From: Octopus vulgaris
Lineage: Eukaryota
Assembly: GCA_951406725.2 (NCBI GenBank)
Contig: OX597823.1
Coordinates: 55,862,001-55,926,000 of the forward strand
Direction: 5' to 3'
Length of the DNA: 64,000 nt
Position 1 is the stretch's first letter. Each line of letters opens with the position of its first letter. Position numbers and translations under genes: made by a program. The notes under the pieces are model-generated. The model was not told where the DNA came from. It did no database searches and saw only the letters and a program-made list of their open reading frames with translations. Below are positions 37,372 to 51,179 of this stretch, one piece after another.

Positions 37372-37671
37372 TTAGAAGGAGAAGACTTGGGATTTAGGGG
37401 ACTTTTGTGCATATATCTCCATGTAACGATTTAGTGGAATCTGTCTACTAGTAGGATCTCGTATTTGCTGTCGGTGAATGGTGAGTCTATTTCTAAGAGT
37501 AAGTTTTGTTTCACCTGTGTAGTCTTCATTACATTCTTGACATTTGTTAGCATATATTAAATCCCTTGAAAATGATTTAAAATGATTTTTTTTACGGTAA
37601 AATTCCTGATTTGAATTTGCATGTTGTACCTTCAATAAGGTTGATGCAGGTCCCTCAATTGGGGCAGCCAC
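37372..37671 (-). pseudogene. Penelope-like element GIY-YIG endonuclease fragment
   Basis: SRDLIYANKCQECNEDYTGETKLTLRNRLTIHRQQI shows xIY...CxxC...YxGET...R...H spacing typical of PLE endonucleases. Confidence 0.8.
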
Positions 37672-37746
37672 ATTTTTTTACTGTTAGTGTAGGAATTGTG
37701 GAAGGTAATTAAGCACTTGTGAGGAATTTTTTAGGGACACCCCCCC

Positions 37747-37802
<56 letters not shown>

Positions 37803-37860
37803 GATAGATAGATCCACACAGGTATCTATCTATATATGTGTGTGTGTATAAACGTATATG

Positions 37861-37895
<35 letters not shown>

Positions 37896-37951
37896 CAACA
37901 TGCACGAACACATTGATATAAGTGAATATTTGTATACGTAAATACATGCAT

Positions 37952-37998
<47 letters not shown>

Positions 37999-38015
37999 AT
38001 ATTCCCTCAAATAAT

Positions 38016-38061
<46 letters not shown>

Positions 38062-38068
38062 TTGTGTT

Positions 38069-38101
<33 letters not shown>

Positions 38102-38182
38102 ATGTATGTATGTATGTATGTATGTATGTATGTATGTATGTATGTATGTATGTATGTATGCATGTATGTATATATACACATA

Positions 38183-38700
38183 CAACCGTTGTTGGTGTCT
38201 TTGTGTCCGGCAAAAGAGACTATAAATTAAGTAGCAGGCTTAAAACAGAAGTACTGAGATCGATTCATTCGACCAAAAATTGAAGGTAGTGCCCCAGCAT
38301 GTCAGCAGTCAGGTGACTGAAACATGTGAAAGATGAAAGGTATTATATATATGTGTGTGACAGTGTGTTAAGAAGCTTGCTTCCCCAAAACATAGTTTCT
38401 GGTTCAGTCCCACTTCGTGGCACTTTGAGCAAGTGTCTTCCTTGGGAGTGGATTTGGTAGACGGAAACTGAAAGAAGCCCGTCGTAAATACGTACGTATA
38501 TATCTGTGTATGTGTGTCTTTGTGTCTGTGTTTGACAACCGATATTGGTGTGTTTAAGTCACCATAAGCTAACGGCTCGGTAAAAGAGACCGATAAAATA
38601 TATTCTGGGGTTTAAAAAATATACCCTCAGGTCGATAAATCTCTTCAATGTGGTGCTCCATCATGGCCGCACTCAAATGACTGAAACAAGTAAACGAATA
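38183..38700 (+). mobile_element. Family A SINE (partial + decayed copy)
   Basis: gagtggatttggtagacggaaactgaaagaagcccgtcgta and the 3' tail are shared with 3275-3662. Confidence 0.7.
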
Positions 38701-38711
38701 ATATATATAAT

Positions 38712-39549
38712 AAACTGTCGTCTAAATTGCACAAAAATGAAAATAACACTGACATCTCATTTTAACAGGAATATTTACCAAAATTACTTAAGATATCTTG
38801 AAATACTAGAGAGTAAATTTATTCAATTAAATCGCCATTGGCTTCAACCACGGCCTCCAGACGTCTTCGGAATCTCCTGCAATTCTTCTGGACGGTTTAA
38901 GTTGGTGAATGCTGCCATAATCCTTGGCTTCAGTTCATCTTTGGTGTTACAAGATTTGTTGGTCTCTCGCTCAACTGCGCTCCACACATAATAATCAAGA
39001 GAGTTGCAATCTGGGGAATTAGGTGGCCAGATGTTAGGGGTGATGTGGTCGCAGAAATTATCTGACAACCATGACTGGGTTCTCCTGCTTGTGTGGCATA
39101 GTGCAGAGTCCTGTTGCCAGACATAGGGTCTTCCAGCAGCCACCCTCTTGACCCAGGGCAGCACTAGGCCTCCCTGCTGAGTCTGAGACCGTGTAGGAAG
39201 ATGAATAGAGGCATAATGTTACCATCACTAGTGATCACTCCAAACACCATGATGTTGACTGGGTGTTTAAATGTTATCACTCTCGGCACATGTCCTAAGA
39301 TTGCACTGTCTTCAGATTGACACCCAAACACTTTGAAATGTTCGTATTCGAGCTTCCGGCGCGAATGCCAAGCAGTACAGCATGTCGTTTTCAAACTTCT
39401 GGCAGAGTGAATTGCGTCATTGTGCTGTTTTTTTCTCACGGACGGTGCCCAACTGACCCTACTATACTGTGTAGTCGACAAAATCAAAAATAAACAATGC
39501 GCATGCGCTAAATTAAAAATATAAAATGGCAACAATTTATCCATCTCGC

Positions 39550-39555
<6 letters not shown>
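38712..39555 (-). mobile_element. DD37D (maT-type) element, internally deleted
   Basis: ORF 38844-39164: QQD-(37 aa)-D in WPPNSPDCNSLDYY. Same family as 14323-15183. Confidence 0.85.
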
Positions 39556-39584
<29 letters not shown>

Positions 39585-41092
39585 TCCCATGAACAATGTA
39601 CACGTTGTATTTACATGCTCACAAATACTTAGATACGCACACGTAAGCATATACTCATGAATATACGCACCCTACTCTTTTTGCACTGATACCGAAATTA
39701 TTACTCAGTGAAATACACGCTAGCACGCATATCCACAATACACATTGTTTTATATATATATATATACAGAATGTTTATGCTATAAATTGAAATAAACAGT
39801 ATAATACTGTAAATAAAATCGCTATATTGCATAAAGGTATATGCTTATGTGCTTTCCTGTGCGTGCATGCCTCCTGGTAACCAAATAAGTTTGCGTATGC
39901 GTTTTTTTAAGTTTTCATAAGTGCTTACCTGAGCTTGCATCTAGTCATCCAAATCAGGTTTGTGCATGGAATTTTATAGGTTTCCATTAAAAGGATGTAG
40001 TACTTGTTTGAAATAAGAAAATGTCTTTCAAAAGATATTATATTCAAATTTCTAAAACTACGAATTCTTTTCTCAAAAATTCTCTTAACATAAAGCGAAG
40101 AAGAAAGAAAAGAACCTCCTAGCTGAAACAATTATAATAAAGTGTAAAAGAAGGGAAAAGGGTTCTCCAAAAAGGCGGCAGAAATCATAATGCCTGTATT
40201 CCTTCATGAAACCATTAAAGAAGAAAAAACGAATATTTCAATAGCATTCGATTGTATGTCTTTCAAAGAGTCAATATTCCACAGTCAGAACTTTTCGATG
40301 GGAATAATGGGAACGAATACAGTTTCTGTAATGCACGGTATGTTACAAGAGCAGTTAATAAGCTTTTATTAAAACAAACAAACAAAACACAAAATTCGAA
40401 AATTTCACTGGACATTAAGGAAATGCTACCATTGGAAAGTTCCAGGAAGTATTTCCAAGGTTCCCCGGAAATATACAGCTGTTGTACGACAAGCTACTAA
40501 CCGGCATTTATTCTAACTAACATGCCCCGGGTCTGTGTTGAGCTACCACGAATAAGTAGTATTATGTAATGGTTAGACTTAGGTTCCATCCCCGAGCTAT
40601 CCAATTTTTATAGAAGCAAATATACAGTCATACCGAAATCCGAAATACTTACGGTGCAAAGTATTTCGAATAAAGGATTACCAGGATTTTATGAATTTGC
40701 ATCACGCAGCTGTGTGTGTTTGTGTGGGTGAGTGACTGTGTGTTTATGTGTGAGCATTTTTAGGTGCGCACGCGCGAGTGTGTGTAGGTGTGTAGGTGTG
40801 TGTGTGTGTGTGTGTGTGTCCTATAAATTCTGCAGAAAAGAAACACAACATCAATAATTTAGCATATTAAGAAAATATGAAACGGAATTTAACTTGGGAA
40901 TACTTCTTTTAGTATATACAACTTTGCCTAGGTGTCAGATTTAAATTTGAATAACTTTTTAATAGAAAATCAGAAGAAACTATTTAAAAAACGATTGTTA
41001 TGGTAATCTTTTTATTAAGAATACCACAAGCTGCATAGACAATTCTCTACTTTCAGCAGAGTAAAAATTTGCTGTTCTATAAATATATACGT

Positions 41093-41157
<65 letters not shown>

Positions 41158-41289
41158 TAACGGGAAGGTTTACGAAAATAAACAAAAGACGAAGGCAGGT
41201 GGAGTACAAACAAACAAATGTATTAGTATGGCGCTTAGGAATAGAAATAGAACAAGTCTTTATATATATACACACACACACATATACAG

Positions 41290-41349
<60 letters not shown>

Positions 41350-41353
41350 TTGC

Positions 41354-41385
<32 letters not shown>

Positions 41386-41396
41386 ATATATACAAG

Positions 41397-41640
41397 GCAC
41401 TTTATTTCACGTTGCTCCAGTTCACTCAGCTGTAGAAATGAGTTGCGACGTCACTGGTGCCAAGCTGTATCGACCTTTGTCTTTCCCTTGGATAACACTG
41501 GTGGCGTGGAGAGGGGAGGCTGGTATGCATGGGCGACTGCTGGTCTTCCATAAACAACCTTGCCCGGACCTGTGTCTAGGAGGGTAACTTTCTAGGTGCA
41601 ATCCCATGGTCATTCATGACCGAAGGGGGTCTTTACCCTT
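41397..41640 (+). mobile_element. SINE family D (5' truncated)
   Basis: Homologous to 53217-53553. Confidence 0.75.
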
Positions 41641-41664
41641 TATATATACATATATGTATGTATG

Positions 41665-42302
41665 TATTAGGTTGCCAGGTATATTTATTCGTTTTTAGAA
41701 ACTTAATCTTTATTTGTGTTTGGCTCTTTAATTCAGATCCAATTTTAGGATTTTACTCATTAAATAAAGGTAAAAAGCAACGGTATCATGAAAGCATCCT
41801 ATCAGCTAGGCCAGTTCCCAAGAGGATTGGTGTAGTCTCTCATGGAGGAGCTCATTCAATCTACTATTATTGAACTGAGTTGGTCAGCTAGAACACAGAG
41901 AATGTGTGAGATCGAATTTCTCTCCTTGGCTCTTGAAGACTACACGGAAGTCTTTCTACAATTGCATTTCTCTGCAGGTCTCTGAGTAACAGTATCTTCT
42001 TCATTCACAGCCAACTGTCTCGAGTGGCTTTGGCAGTTTTGGAACCTTAACTTAAAACGTAGAGAAACAGAAGTCGAAAAATCCCCATTTTATTTCTACA
42101 TGTCACTCAGTTTTATATGGCACTCAATCAAATGTCTAAAAAGAGGAAAAAATTTATTCCAATTTCAAAAACGATGTTTGAATGTTGTAGAGGAAAAATA
42201 GAGCTACAAAAAAAAACCTATAAAACACGATGATAAATATATTTTTCGTGTTTATTCAAACAACATTGGAAATAAAGGAAGGAATTTATCTGACAACAAA
42301 AT
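41665..42302 (-). mobile_element. Old mariner-like remnant
   Basis: TA-flanked imperfect TIRs (ttaggttgccaggta / tatctgacaacaaaa) and a weak LLHxxxPxH-like trace. Confidence 0.4.
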
Positions 42303-43229
42303 AATATACAATAATTACGCAGCAAGTTTTAAATACTTTGCAAATGTTTTTTACGTAGTAAGTTTTAATAAAATGGATGATATTATGATATTTTAAATGT
42401 GCGTATGTTTGAATGTTTAGTCTGTGCGTGCTTTGTTCTTTTTGGTGATCAATCATTTTTTAGTATGGTTTACAGGATCCCATTAAAAATAATGTGATAC
42501 TTGAAATTAAAAACTTATCTTTATGTGATTTTATATTAGCGTTTCTAAAAGAAGTTTTTTGAAAACACTAACACTTTTAAATAATATTACCTTTTCAAAA
42601 TTGAATACAAAATATTTCAAATTTCAGTTTTAATCCCTAATGGTGCCAATTATTAAAACTTAAGCTTCGCTATTATCTTGTCCATGAAAAGTTGATTATA
42701 AGACATCTTTTTTCTAACGTGCTAAAAATTCTAAAATAAGAAATCCTTTCAAAATTCTTTTAAATAATTTTCTTTGAAGATAAACAAAATTTCGTTTTTG
42801 TCTGATTTTTTTTAATGTTCTCTCTTATTGAACTGCTTAAAATAACTGTAAAGACTGAGTTTTTTTTTTTTTTTCAAATTTTTATATTTGTATAGGTAAA
42901 TTTATCTTACGCCACTAGTTGAATTTAGCAAAATACGTTTGTGTATATTTGTGGAAGCGCGTGTTGTGTGTGTGTATATGTTTGCCTGTCACACTATCAT
43001 TCAGATCTTTTCTTCAACGCGAAAATCAATCGACGTCACCGAGAAAGTGAAAGCAAAAGTGAAGAGTTATGACAACTCAGCCTGGAAACTAACAAAAGCC
43101 ATATGACTAAATCCCAGCTGAATCAGCGAGGCAAGATACAACACTCTGTAACGAATAAAAACGGAAGTGAAGAAGAAAGGAGGACTCAAGAGGAAGCTTA
43201 GAATAATCGTAGGTCTTAAGCACGCCTTC

Positions 43230-45607
43230 ATGGTGCTTTCACAGAATGAAGATTGTTTTTGTTTGGATTGCATCTCTTTCCAGGAGACAGAACTGCCACA
43301 GTCAATAGCTACTGTGCAAAACCAAGAGTAAGCTAAAATACTGGGAACAAATGCAGTTTTTGTAATATCTTTTTACAATAAATTGTGGATGGTAAGTCGA
43401 CTACTGATGTACTTAGGTAATATTGAAATTGAACCATCCCTTCCAGAAGAAATAAAACAGCTTCCCAGCTTCTTTTCTGTCAATTACTTCTTTAAGAAAA
43501 AAGTAGAAGCTACAACATTGCCATGTCTGTGACCTTTTTACGATGTCAAGAAATAATAACATCAGTTTACAATCCAAACTGAAACTGAATGGAAAGATTA
43601 ACGATAGAATTGAGTTACTTATTCGAAAAAAAACAAGCGTCTGTTGTTTACACGGCTTTTCATTTTCGACATGATACACATAATAGACTAAGAAATAATC
43701 CAGCCACGACGTGATAGCTAAACTCCAATATTACTTGCATCGTGAGAGATTTCCATTGTTCTATTTTTTCATCTCTATCACGAGATGAAAAAAGGTTAAT
43801 TAGGTACTAAGAGCAGAAAAGAAGCCAAAATAGTGGGTTTTAGAGACAGTGTAACATATCCACTCAGCAAAATATTTGTTCTGCAGCAGTTTCACCACAG
43901 AAATCCTGGATATTGTTATCTATTAACGTGGAAAAAGCTTGAAGAGTATAAGAGAGAGAGATCGGAGTTACGATGCTTTTCATTACATCATCTTTTTGCT
44001 TTGGTATTGGTAATCTTAAAATGAACGTTATGAATATTATAAATACCAAGCAGATTACCTTCATAGATATTGCAAGTGTGATCTGAGCTAGATTTTAATA
44101 TAAATCTAAAACCGAGAACATATTGACAACAATATTCTCTTTGGTTTTTTTTTAGTTAATGTAGAAAAGCAGACATTGAAATATTGCCAGAATAATTGAG
44201 CAAGCAATTTTTGCAGACAAGTCGAAAGAATGCATGGATTCTGTAGAAAGGATTAAGGGGATCTCAGCCGATAACAGAATCATATTACTAGCGAATGTAT
44301 ATAAATTCCAATTTCATTGGGAATTCTCATATACTATGGATAGCTGTACTTAATTACTTTTACGACAAATCCAAATAAAAAGGCTCTGAGTCGTTTTCAA
44401 GGTCAAGAGCCAAGTAATCGACCAGAAACTGGAAAGAAACTGAAACAGCTTCTTTGTGATTTGCTTCTAGAGGATGACCAAGAAATTTTAATCGCTTATA
44501 GATGGAAGAAAGAAAAATAGAAGAGGGAAGTGGTAGGTGCTTATATACTTTTAATATTAATAGAATACATACACAGAGAATCAGCTGGTATTGATTGAGT
44601 TTTCTGCGCTGGGAGTTGATATTGATGAAAGGAATTATTTGTTGTTCGATGGAGCTTAAGAGAACATGATCTATAGACCCTGTGGCCCTATCAATCTCAA
44701 CAGCCCAGATTTATTCGGTGGAGGAAAGGATTTCCGAAATAATTTCTGAACCAAGCTGTTATGACTGAAAACTCTTATCCCACTTTACAAACACGGATCT
44801 GATGTACATTGTGGTAGATCCTGCATTCTGAAAAGATGCAGACATAAGTTTAAAGTAGACAATTGTTGCGTTGTACAGCATAACTCGATACTCAGTACAA
44901 AATATGAACCACATATAAATGTACGAATTGTGGCTACGGTGAAGGTAATGAAGCGCTTGCACATTAAAAAAAGGATTGGATCACGTAACGATTCAAGTGC
45001 ATGTGAAAAGCAGATTTTCGATGAGGTTGAAATATTTGTCAATTCATAATATAAAAGTATATCTAAGGTTTATCAGAGACTGTATGAATCCCCCATACAA
45101 TAGTGATATCAACCAGTGGAAAATCTTCCAATACATCTGGAAAATTAACAAGTCGTTCATTCTGAGATTATCGAAGCAAATGATGTTTCAAACGTGTGCT
45201 ATTGATGGTTATTATGTTCATTGTATTCTTTTAAAGCTTAATGCCAGAGACAAATGATATCCAGGTACCTTTCTGTATTACAGCTAGTTCAATAATAAGG
45301 AGGTGCGAAGATTTAAAACAATAATTAAGAGAAGCAGATGTAGACATACAGTGAAAAAAAAAATAGTCTGTGTGACAATATTTAGCAGGTTTCCTATCAT
45401 CAACGTAAATTATCAACTGACCGATGTCGGCATTGTTAAAATACTACTAAACCGTAAAACGGGGCCAAGAGTAGAAATATGATGGATTAATAAAGGTAAT
45501 CAAGAAGTAGCCAACGGTGTCTTTGGAAAGATACTTCGTCAGAAGTTTGCAATAAACCTGATAAACATACACACACACACACGCACACACACACATACAC
45601 ACACACA

Positions 45608-45693
<86 letters not shown>

Positions 45694-45898
45694 AGTGAGT
45701 GGACAAACGAAAGAAAAAGGAACTCAGCACAGTTAATAAGAGATACATGTATTATTTAAAATAGTTTGATTCGGTTCTATGGGACTTAAGGTTTCACGGA
45801 CCTCTAACAGAAGCCCGTGAAAGAGATGGGCTTCTGTTAGAGTCTCCCAAAACACTTTAGATCTCATGGAGCTGAATCAAACAGTTTTAAATAATATA

Positions 45899-45969
<71 letters not shown>

Positions 45970-47830
45970 TCCTGCAATTTAAGTGGTGAAAAAATACATC
46001 GTGTTGTGTACTAGTCAAATGACAAGATTTTTCAAGTGTTGTTAGAAATAGGAAACATAGAGCGTAAGAATTTCGGCATTGAGAAAGACTTTCATTTCCC
46101 GCGCCCTCAACTTAGCACATTTAGACGTCACGAACTGAATCTTGTAAGAGAAAAGATAGAATGCAATACAAAAGAGCTGAAAGAGGCAATGGAAACCAAA
46201 ATTGCGATCTTGAGTAGTAGGCTCTTTATAAATATGTTGCCTCATCAGCCATGAAGCGATGCTTCAGGAGGAAGTGGCGTTTTTTTTTTTTTTTTGTCAA
46301 TCATATTTACCAGAATGTGATAAAAACATAGATCGGTCTTGCGACAACACATCATGAAGAGCCACTGTACTTATACCTAATGGCCGAACTGAACATTTTC
46401 GCATCAAAACCTCACTAAAGATAATTTTGTAATCAAATTGCAATATATCACTAAGCTGTACAGCTGTGCAGCTAATTAGCCTAGCATGATTAATCGATAT
46501 TGATGAAGTTAGTAGAAAACAAGAAGTCATTTAAAGTCAATGAACTACACATTCAGCGACATTTTTGAAACTGCATTTTCAGATGACTAGCGTCAAATTC
46601 TACCTGGCGTACCACACAGGGTCTTGCGAATGCATTTAGTAAATGCTTAAAGAGCTCTCCGCATTCAGCAAATCTCCAAATTTTGCGGTTTATTTCAAAT
46701 ATGCGCATTCAGACTGCAGCTAGCGACCATGGAGGAAATTTGACCGAAAGAAAGAAAAGAGCTATGTTAGCGAAGTGAATTAAAGACAAAAAATTCTAGA
46801 TACTATTAAAATTCTTGAACAGACAACAAAATCTTTAGCAATTATATTTGGGAACCTCCAAGGAAGCTGTAAATCTATACAGACTGATGCTTGGAATGGT
46901 TAATCCTTTGTCCTAACGATAATATGAAAGACAGCTTTCCAATAATCCTCGATTGTGATGAAGCAATTTTCACGTAAAGGCGTAGGCGTGGCTGTGTGAT
47001 AAGTATCTTGCTTCCCAACACATTGGTCCTGGTTCAATCCGACTGCGTGAAACCTTGGGTAAGTTTCTTCTACTATAGCCTCGGGTCAACTAAAGCCTTA
47101 TAAGTGGATTTGGTAGACGGAAATTGAAAGAAACCCGTCGTATGTATATACATACATATACATGTGTGTATGTGAGAGTGTGTGTGTGTGTGTGTGTGTT
47201 CGTGCGCATGAGTGTGTATTTGTGTCTGTGCTTTTCCCCTATCATCGCTTGACAGACGATGTTGGCGTGTTTAGTTCCCTGTAATTTATCGGTTCGGTAA
47301 GATAAGTACTAGGCTTAAAAAATGTCCTGGGGTTGATTTGTTCGACTAAAATCCTTCAAGGCGGTGCCCCAGAACGGCCGCAGGGAAATGAGTGAAACAA
47401 GTAAAAACAAAACGTATTTTTAAGCAGTGGGATGGCTCACTACAGACTGTGTCTCAGACAAGTGCATCCGTTGTACTTCTCCACTGCAAAAGGGCAAACT
47501 ACGTTATTAAGAGACTCACCAGCTCAGATATTTCCACTGCCATTACTTGTTGCGCCCACTATAAGAATGATTTATTTGTGCCAAACTATCGGGCATTGCC
47601 ATTTGAAATGCAAAGCCATCAAATTTCCTGTGAAACTATCCTTTGATTATATAATTCACAAAGCTGAAGGCCAAACGCTTACGAATATCGACATCCGGCT
47701 ATAGAATAATGAATGCTTTTCTCATGTTCAGCTTTACTTATGCAGAAAATAACAGTAGACATAGCATTATAGCAAAATCGAAGAATGAAAATTATATTCT
47801 GCAGAGAACATTGTACATACAGAAAATTTG
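43230..47830 (+). mobile_element. Highly decayed autonomous Helitron (Rep/HUH + Pif1 helicase), interrupted by insertions at ~45565-45965 and 46979-47407
   Basis: Collinear motifs by manual translation: SRSYNIAMS, RSYDAFHY, LITFTTNP, GQEPSNRP, MIYRPCGPINLNSP, VDNCCVVQHNSILSTKYEPHINV, ILLNRKTGP, DASGGSG, LIPNGRTEH, IDE, D*RQILPGVP, FPVKLSFDYIIHKAEGQTL, CFSHVQLY. Confidence 0.82.
46979..47407 (+). mobile_element. Family A SINE inserted in the Helitron helicase
   Basis: Homologous to 3275-3662. Confidence 0.8.
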
Positions 47831-48084
47831 TCGAGATATGCTTTAGTTTATAATCTTTTGCAAGAAATAAAATGTTCGTATATAGCATTTGCTTTTTAAC
47901 ACAGTGTTGATATAAAAGTCAATGAACACATTGAAAATGTCTCGTTATTCTGTTTTAATTACAGAGCTGCTGTGTAGCATTAATAAGACTTAAATCATTT
48001 GAATTTTCAATTAAGGCATAGAACGATAATTTCTGCTTAATTTTAATTTCTTCAGTCATTTGGATACATATTAGACTAACGTAC

Positions 48085-48171
<87 letters not shown>

Positions 48172-48372
48172 ATACATATATGTGTGCATGTATGTGTGTA
48201 TATATGTCTGTATACGTGTGTATGTATTATGTATATATGAGTGTGTAAGTATGCGTCTGCTTGCATGTGTGTTGCCTGTGTGTATATATGTGTGCGTGTA
48301 TGCATTCAACCCAAAACTTTAACTTTATATGTTTTAAAAATTAGCTGATAATAAAGCTATGAATATTCATAT

Positions 48373-49827
48373 ACGAGTTTATACAAAGAGTAGTACAAAA
48401 GTGGACTTAACTTTCCATATATGTATATAAGTCGTTCAAATTGCTTATGTTGATAGAGTTACTATTTCTCGCTACAAAACATAATCTCCATCACATAACA
48501 TAATTTTCATCACTATCAATACAATTTCACCTTTGTTTTGTACTCAACTCTTAAATCGTCTGTTTCAAAGAGGATTCGTGAGTTGCTCTGTATCAGCAAA
48601 TTGTTGTCCCCGAATACCGTCCATCAGAAAAAAAACAGATGGAATTCGGATAATGTTCAATGGATGGGTGCCACTGAACATTCCAATTTGCCGATTACGT
48701 TTTCGGTTACCAAGGATGTGCGTGATCACACATTGTCATAGTGAATGTGGGTCGTTTTCAGATTCATGTTCGGTCTTCTCCTCCTTGTGGATTCTCTAAG
48801 GATTTTTGAGACACTTAGTATAACATTCGTTGCTCACGGTACAGACATGTTTCAGAAAATTATGGAGAATCGCGAACTTATCTTCCAAAAGATAGTCATC
48901 ATGATTTTCTGTGTCGGTCACTTAGGTCTTAGAGGAGTGGAGTGGCGTTATTCCATGAACTAATCCTTTATTTCCGGATCATAAAGGTACGCCAATGTTT
49001 CATCCCTTGTTACTAGATCGAAAAGAAGAACGAGCCTTCATTGGCTTAAACGTTTCTGGAAGATCTGAGCAAATCTCCATTGTTCTTATGTCAATTTCCG
49101 GGCTACTCAAGGCGGTCAGCAGGCAGAAACGTAAGAACGTCGGGCGTAATGCTTAACGGTATTTCACCTGTCCTTATGTTCTGAGTTCAAATTCCGCCGA
49201 GGTCGACTTAGCCTTTCATTCTTTCGGGGTCGATAAATTAAGTACTAGTTGCGTACTGGGGTCGATCTAATCGACTGTCCCCCTCCACAAAAGTTTCAGG
49301 CCTTGTGCCTAGAGCAGAAAAGAATTTCCGAGCTATTCACTTTACACACGCTTACCGATACACAAAGTCTACTATAATCTTCTGTAATGCACTCCATTTG
49401 TGTAACAATCTCACGGATTGGGACTGTATCCGCGCGAATCAATTCGTCCAGTCGCTAGTGGATCGTGTCAGTGGTCGCATGGCTTGTCTTCCGTGCTGGG
49501 TTCCCTCCTTTAATTTTTTTATTCATCAGTGCACATCGCTTTTGTCAGTGGTATAATCTTCGTAAACAGCCCCTAAAATTTAGTGAATGTCGGACAGCCT
49601 TCACTTTTCCTTTGTTAAGAACTCAATGAAGGTACGTTGTTTCTAATTAGAACCAAGTTTTCTTTTTGTTTTGTTGTGTTATTTTTTCAATGAAGAAAAA
49701 CAGGAAAAAATACTAAAGAGAAAGAGTTTACTCTACCAATATCTGTAGTCTAAACGATTTGTGTCACTTAATAAACAAGTTATGCCACCACGCACGTTTT
49801 TGCATAACTTTCGGCACAAACCCTGTA
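48373..49827 (-). mobile_element. Decayed mariner-like element interrupted by a SINE
   Basis: TA-flanked ends ~1.25 kb apart once the SINE is removed. Traces such as LVTRDETLAYLYDPE (ITGDETW-like). Confidence 0.55.
49110..49322 (+). mobile_element. Monomeric family C SINE
   Basis: 17-bp TSD with 2 mismatches: aatttccgggctactca (49093-49109) / aatttccgagctattca (49323-49339). Confidence 0.85.
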
Positions 49828-51146
49828 TTACACATGTACTAATACAAATTCTAGAAGTTTACTTATAGGTGCTGGCGGGAGCAAACTGGAATAGCAAAAT
49901 AATAATGTTTTCGCCTTGGATCCAAATTTTAAGTTACACTTATAGCAAGTTTTACAGTTCAACTGTTTTTATAAGTGAGCTTGTTATTCGAAATGTAATT
50001 CAGTTAAGACTGTGCCAGTTTAATGTTGTTACTTATATTTAGCCGTGTCCTCTCTCTCCCTCGAATAGACCGGTGGTATATTCGAGAAGGAGAGGGTCTT
50101 GAATAGACCTATGGTCAAATGGCTTCTCGTCTTCTACAGTTCTGTCTTTTATTCAGACATAAAGTACTTCTAAAATCATTGTACAATTTGTATTTCCTTT
50201 GTTTAAACCTGCAGAATGTGATTCCACGAAAATTTTACTACTGTTCTAACGGCCTTCATGCTGCGCAACAAAACTGCGCAACAAAACTGTCGACTCCACC
50301 TCTTGTTGGCCAACAGTCTACTTAGATATCCAGATATATACGATGGTGGGAGCGGAGTGCTTGTGGCGTGCGCATGTGTGTACGTATGTGTCCGAAGTTT
50401 CACGCATTCCATATTTAATCAGTAGCCACTCCAATCCACTCAATACTGACAGTAGACATCAACAGCTCGTGTATAATAACACCATTCTGACTATAAACAG
50501 CGTAATAGGTTAGTCAATATATCCAGATCTTCAGTTAACTACTTGTATATCGACTGGCTTCTGTCGTATCTACAGCTGTTCAATATAATTTCTAATAATT
50601 GCTACTTATAACATATATTGACTTCTCAATTTTGTACACTGTACATAACTTCTTACAAGATTACAGCTGCCGTCAGCGCAGGTGAATAGGGACAATATAA
50701 GCAGAGTGATATCTAGCTGTTGCCAATAAGTTATTTTTTTCTTTCTCTTTTCATTCCCCGATTAGAGCGAACCATTCTCGCAATCACTTCTATTTCGTTT
50801 TCAAATAAAATTGTTTCTTCGTCTTCACTTGATGTAATTGAATTTAGCGATAATGTATATTTTGTACTTTGCTAAAAGGTGCAATCTTTTGACGTGAAAA
50901 TTATTACGACTGCTACTAATAACGAAGGCACAAGACTATACATTCTGGTCGAGAAAAACTTACACCTCTCTCTTGTAAATTCTTCTTTTTCTAGCACGAA
51001 AGAAAACCGTTTTCTTTTTTTATTTTCAGTTGCTGTTTGCGGTACCATCATAGTAATTATAATCCTCTTCCTCCTCCCCCTCCTCCTCATCCTCATCATC
51101 CTCGTCCTCTTCATCATCATCCTCCTCCTCCTCCTCCTCCTCCTCC

Positions 51147-51179
<33 letters not shown>

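Noticed and set aside
45520-45550. CTGACGA on the minus strand as a hammerhead
   Set aside because: No GAAA or stem III; the + strand here reads as Helitron coding remnant (ILRQKFAI).
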